A stretch of DNA of 63,926 nucleotides, the filler included, from Lama guanicoe (lineage: Eukaryota): assembly GCA_013239625.1 (NCBI GenBank). It is 156 parts of 156 records of this genome, joined end to end, with 100 filler letters (N's around TTAATTAATTAA, not from the genome) between each part and the next. Parts side by side here need not be neighbours in the genome. Positions count along the whole stretch, not along the records: positions 61,972 to 62,283 come from PNXV01055314.1; positions 62,384 to 62,695 come from PNXV01055315.1; positions 62,796 to 63,102 come from PNXV01055316.1; positions 63,203 to 63,514 come from PNXV01055317.1; positions 63,615 to 63,926 come from PNXV01055318.1; 151 more parts are not named here. One strand, written 5' to 3'. Each line of letters opens with the position of its first letter. The first letter of the stretch is position 1. Positions 61,872-63,926 of the stretch are shown here, piece after piece. The translations under genes were made by a program, and so were the position numbers. Under the pieces are notes generated by a model that was not told the DNA's origin, did no database searches, and saw only the letters and a program-made list of their open reading frames with translations.

Positions 61872-62795
61872 NNNNNNNNNNNNNNNNNNNNNNNNNNNNN
61901 NNNNNNNNNNNNNNNTTAATTAATTAANNNNNNNNNNNNNNNNNNNNNNNNNNNNNNNNNNNNNNNNNNNNTAAAACAGAAAGAGAAATCTGTTTCAATT
62001 AAAGAAAACCCTGAGGCAGAGGAAGGGAATCTTTGTGCTGACTGGTAGTCCCATGTTTAAACTATTATCTCGCCAGCCATCAGCATGTGAACCCCGTCTC
62101 TAATTTAGAAGTTGCCTCGCTTACCAGCTGCCTATTTGGAAAGAAAGGATATACAACTAGGAAGAGTAACTCCTCTTGAGACCCCTCCCAAATAATCAGG
62201 GAAAGGAATCTCCTCAGTATCTCAGCTTATCATGGCTTTGTCCCTTCCTGTCTAAAGGCAAAATATAGTTTCACTTGGCTTTANNNNNNNNNNNNNNNNN
62301 NNNNNNNNNNNNNNNNNNNNNNNNNNNTTAATTAATTAANNNNNNNNNNNNNNNNNNNNNNNNNNNNNNNNNNNNNNNNNNNNTTAAATTATAACTTATA
62401 AGTTGCATGGAAATAATTCTTGGTGTTTTCAATGCACACTGATGCTGCTACCCAGTTAGGACAGGATGGCAATTCAAAAAGATGAAGATGACATAATTGA
62501 AATCGCCAAAGGAGGAAGCATTTTATGGAATACTTTAATAATACAGCATCAATAAATTGTCTTATGAGCTAAAGACTCATTCTTGGAATATGTTAGAGAT
62601 TTTTAAAAATTCTCATTGTAGTTAAAGATGAGCTTCTGATCAGTAGTTCTTGAAATGAAATGAAAACTTAAGAAAACACTGAACTCTTAGACTGANNNNN
62701 NNNNNNNNNNNNNNNNNNNNNNNNNNNNNNNNNNNNNNNTTAATTAATTAANNNNNNNNNNNNNNNNNNNNNNNNNNNNNNNNNNNNNNNNNNNN

Positions 62796-62902
62796 GGGGA
62801 GGTAATTAGGTTTTTAATTATTTATAATGGCAGTACTGGGGATTGAACCCAGGACCTTGTGCATGCCAAGCGCGCACTCTACCGCTAACCTATCCCTCCC
62901 CC
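62796..62902 (-). mobile_element. vic-1-type SINE
   Basis: Reverse complement GGGGGAGGGATAGGTTAGCGGTAGAGTGCGCGCTTGGCATGCACAAGGTCCTGGGTTCAATCCCCAGTACTGCC...AACCTAATTACCTCCCC. Confidence 0.9.
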
Positions 62903-62914
62903 GTCACAACCCAA

Positions 62915-63048
62915 TTTTTTTTTAACTTTTTTTTTAAACTTTCTTTTTAAATTGAAGTATAGTCAATTTACAATGTTGTGTCCATTTCTGGTGTATAGCA
63001 CAATGCTTCAGTCATACCTGAATTTACATATATTCGTTTTCATATTCT
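62915..63048 (-). mobile_element. 5'-truncated LINE-1 3' end flanked by direct repeats ACAACCCAAT
   Basis: T-rich tail, AATTGAAGTATAGTCAATTTACAATGTTGTG...CTGGTGTATAGCA...TTTTCATATTCT; ACAACCCAAT at 62906 and 63050. Confidence 0.88.
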
Positions 63049-63058
63049 GACAACCCAA

Positions 63059-63102
63059 TTTTTTTAACATTTTTTATTGATTTATAATCATTTTACAATG
63101 TT
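63059..63102 (-). mobile_element. Second LINE-1 3' end (different subfamily tail)
   Basis: TTTTTTTAACATTTTTTATTGATTTATAATCATTTTACAATGTT; same tail type at 53751-53797. Confidence 0.75.
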
Positions 63103-63926
63103 NNNNNNNNNNNNNNNNNNNNNNNNNNNNNNNNNNNNNNNNNNNNTTAATTAATTAANNNNNNNNNNNNNNNNNNNNNNNNNNNNNNNNNNNNNNNNNN
63201 NNTTGATGGGGTCATGATTAACATCAACAGTGTTGACTAGATTGAGTAATTACCAGAAAAACTCATTGGCCAAGAAAGTGATCCTGGTTTACTCACTCCA
63301 CTTACATCACCCACCAGCTGTTCTGTTATTAGGGAAAGGAGATGCTCTGTCCTCCTCACCTCTCCTGCACCTGCTCTGTGTCACAGTTAAATTTCTCCTT
63401 CCCACTTCCTTTCTTACATGCCTGCTTTTTCCTCCCTGGTACAAAGTCATCACAAAGCCAAGAATCTCTGCAGATGTGAAACAACCTGTCTGTAGCAGTT
63501 CCCTGCTAAGATCANNNNNNNNNNNNNNNNNNNNNNNNNNNNNNNNNNNNNNNNNNNNTTAATTAATTAANNNNNNNNNNNNNNNNNNNNNNNNNNNNNN
63601 NNNNNNNNNNNNNNTTTGTTTGTTTGTTTGTTTTTTAGCTGTGGCACCCGGGCTGTCCACATTGGCTCTGCTCTTTGTTTTTGTGTTTTAAATATGAAGA
63701 TTGAAATTTTGTTCCTTCTGCATTTTGGGGAGAGAGGATGGGCAGACTTGGGATAAGAGAGAAACTTAGATTAGTTGAGGAAACAAAAGGGAAGGCCAGC
63801 CTGCCAAGTGACTCTGTTGCACTCAGGGACATACACACAACTAAATACATACCTGCGTGGGAAACAATGAATCCAGCTAGTTCCACGCTTATGATATGAT
63901 AAATTATCCTCCTCAACAAAGACTCC

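Noticed and set aside
50..63919. Most ORF-track entries, especially those ending in X...LIN or X...N
   Set aside because: They pass the length cut-off only by reading through Ns into the spacer, or are chance frames in non-coding DNA or antisense to L1/OR sequence

Overview
This window is not a contiguous locus. It is an artificial concatenation of about 156 unrelated short contigs (about 307-312 bp, roughly sorted by increasing length), each separated by an identical 100-bp spacer N44-TTAATTAATTAA-N44, whose 12-mer puts stop codons in all six frames. Adjacency between contigs therefore has no biological meaning, and ORFs ending in X...LIN/N are spacer artefacts. The DNA is mammalian and very probably camelid, because it carries several copies of the tRNA-Ala-derived vic-1-type SINE. 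Most recognisable content is transposon debris: LINE-1 ORF1/ORF2/UTR pieces, HAL1, L2, MIR, ERV/MaLR LTRs, Tigger1 and MER5. Recognisable gene fragments are two olfactory-receptor pieces, an SDK1 exon, a diverged OFD1-like exon, and a decayed COL12A1-like FN3 exon (frameshift plus dead splice donor). Cross-contig comparison shows a 248-249-bp satellite (3 contigs), a heptamer satellite with a 126-bp higher-order unit (2 contigs), an unrecognised 241-bp gap-free repeat (2 contigs, about 87% identical) and a 3%-divergent assembly-bubble pair. I found no evidence for a novel multi-gene system; with roughly 310-bp unlinked pieces one could not be demonstrated here. Repeat-family and gene names come from recalled consensus/protein sequences, not database searches.
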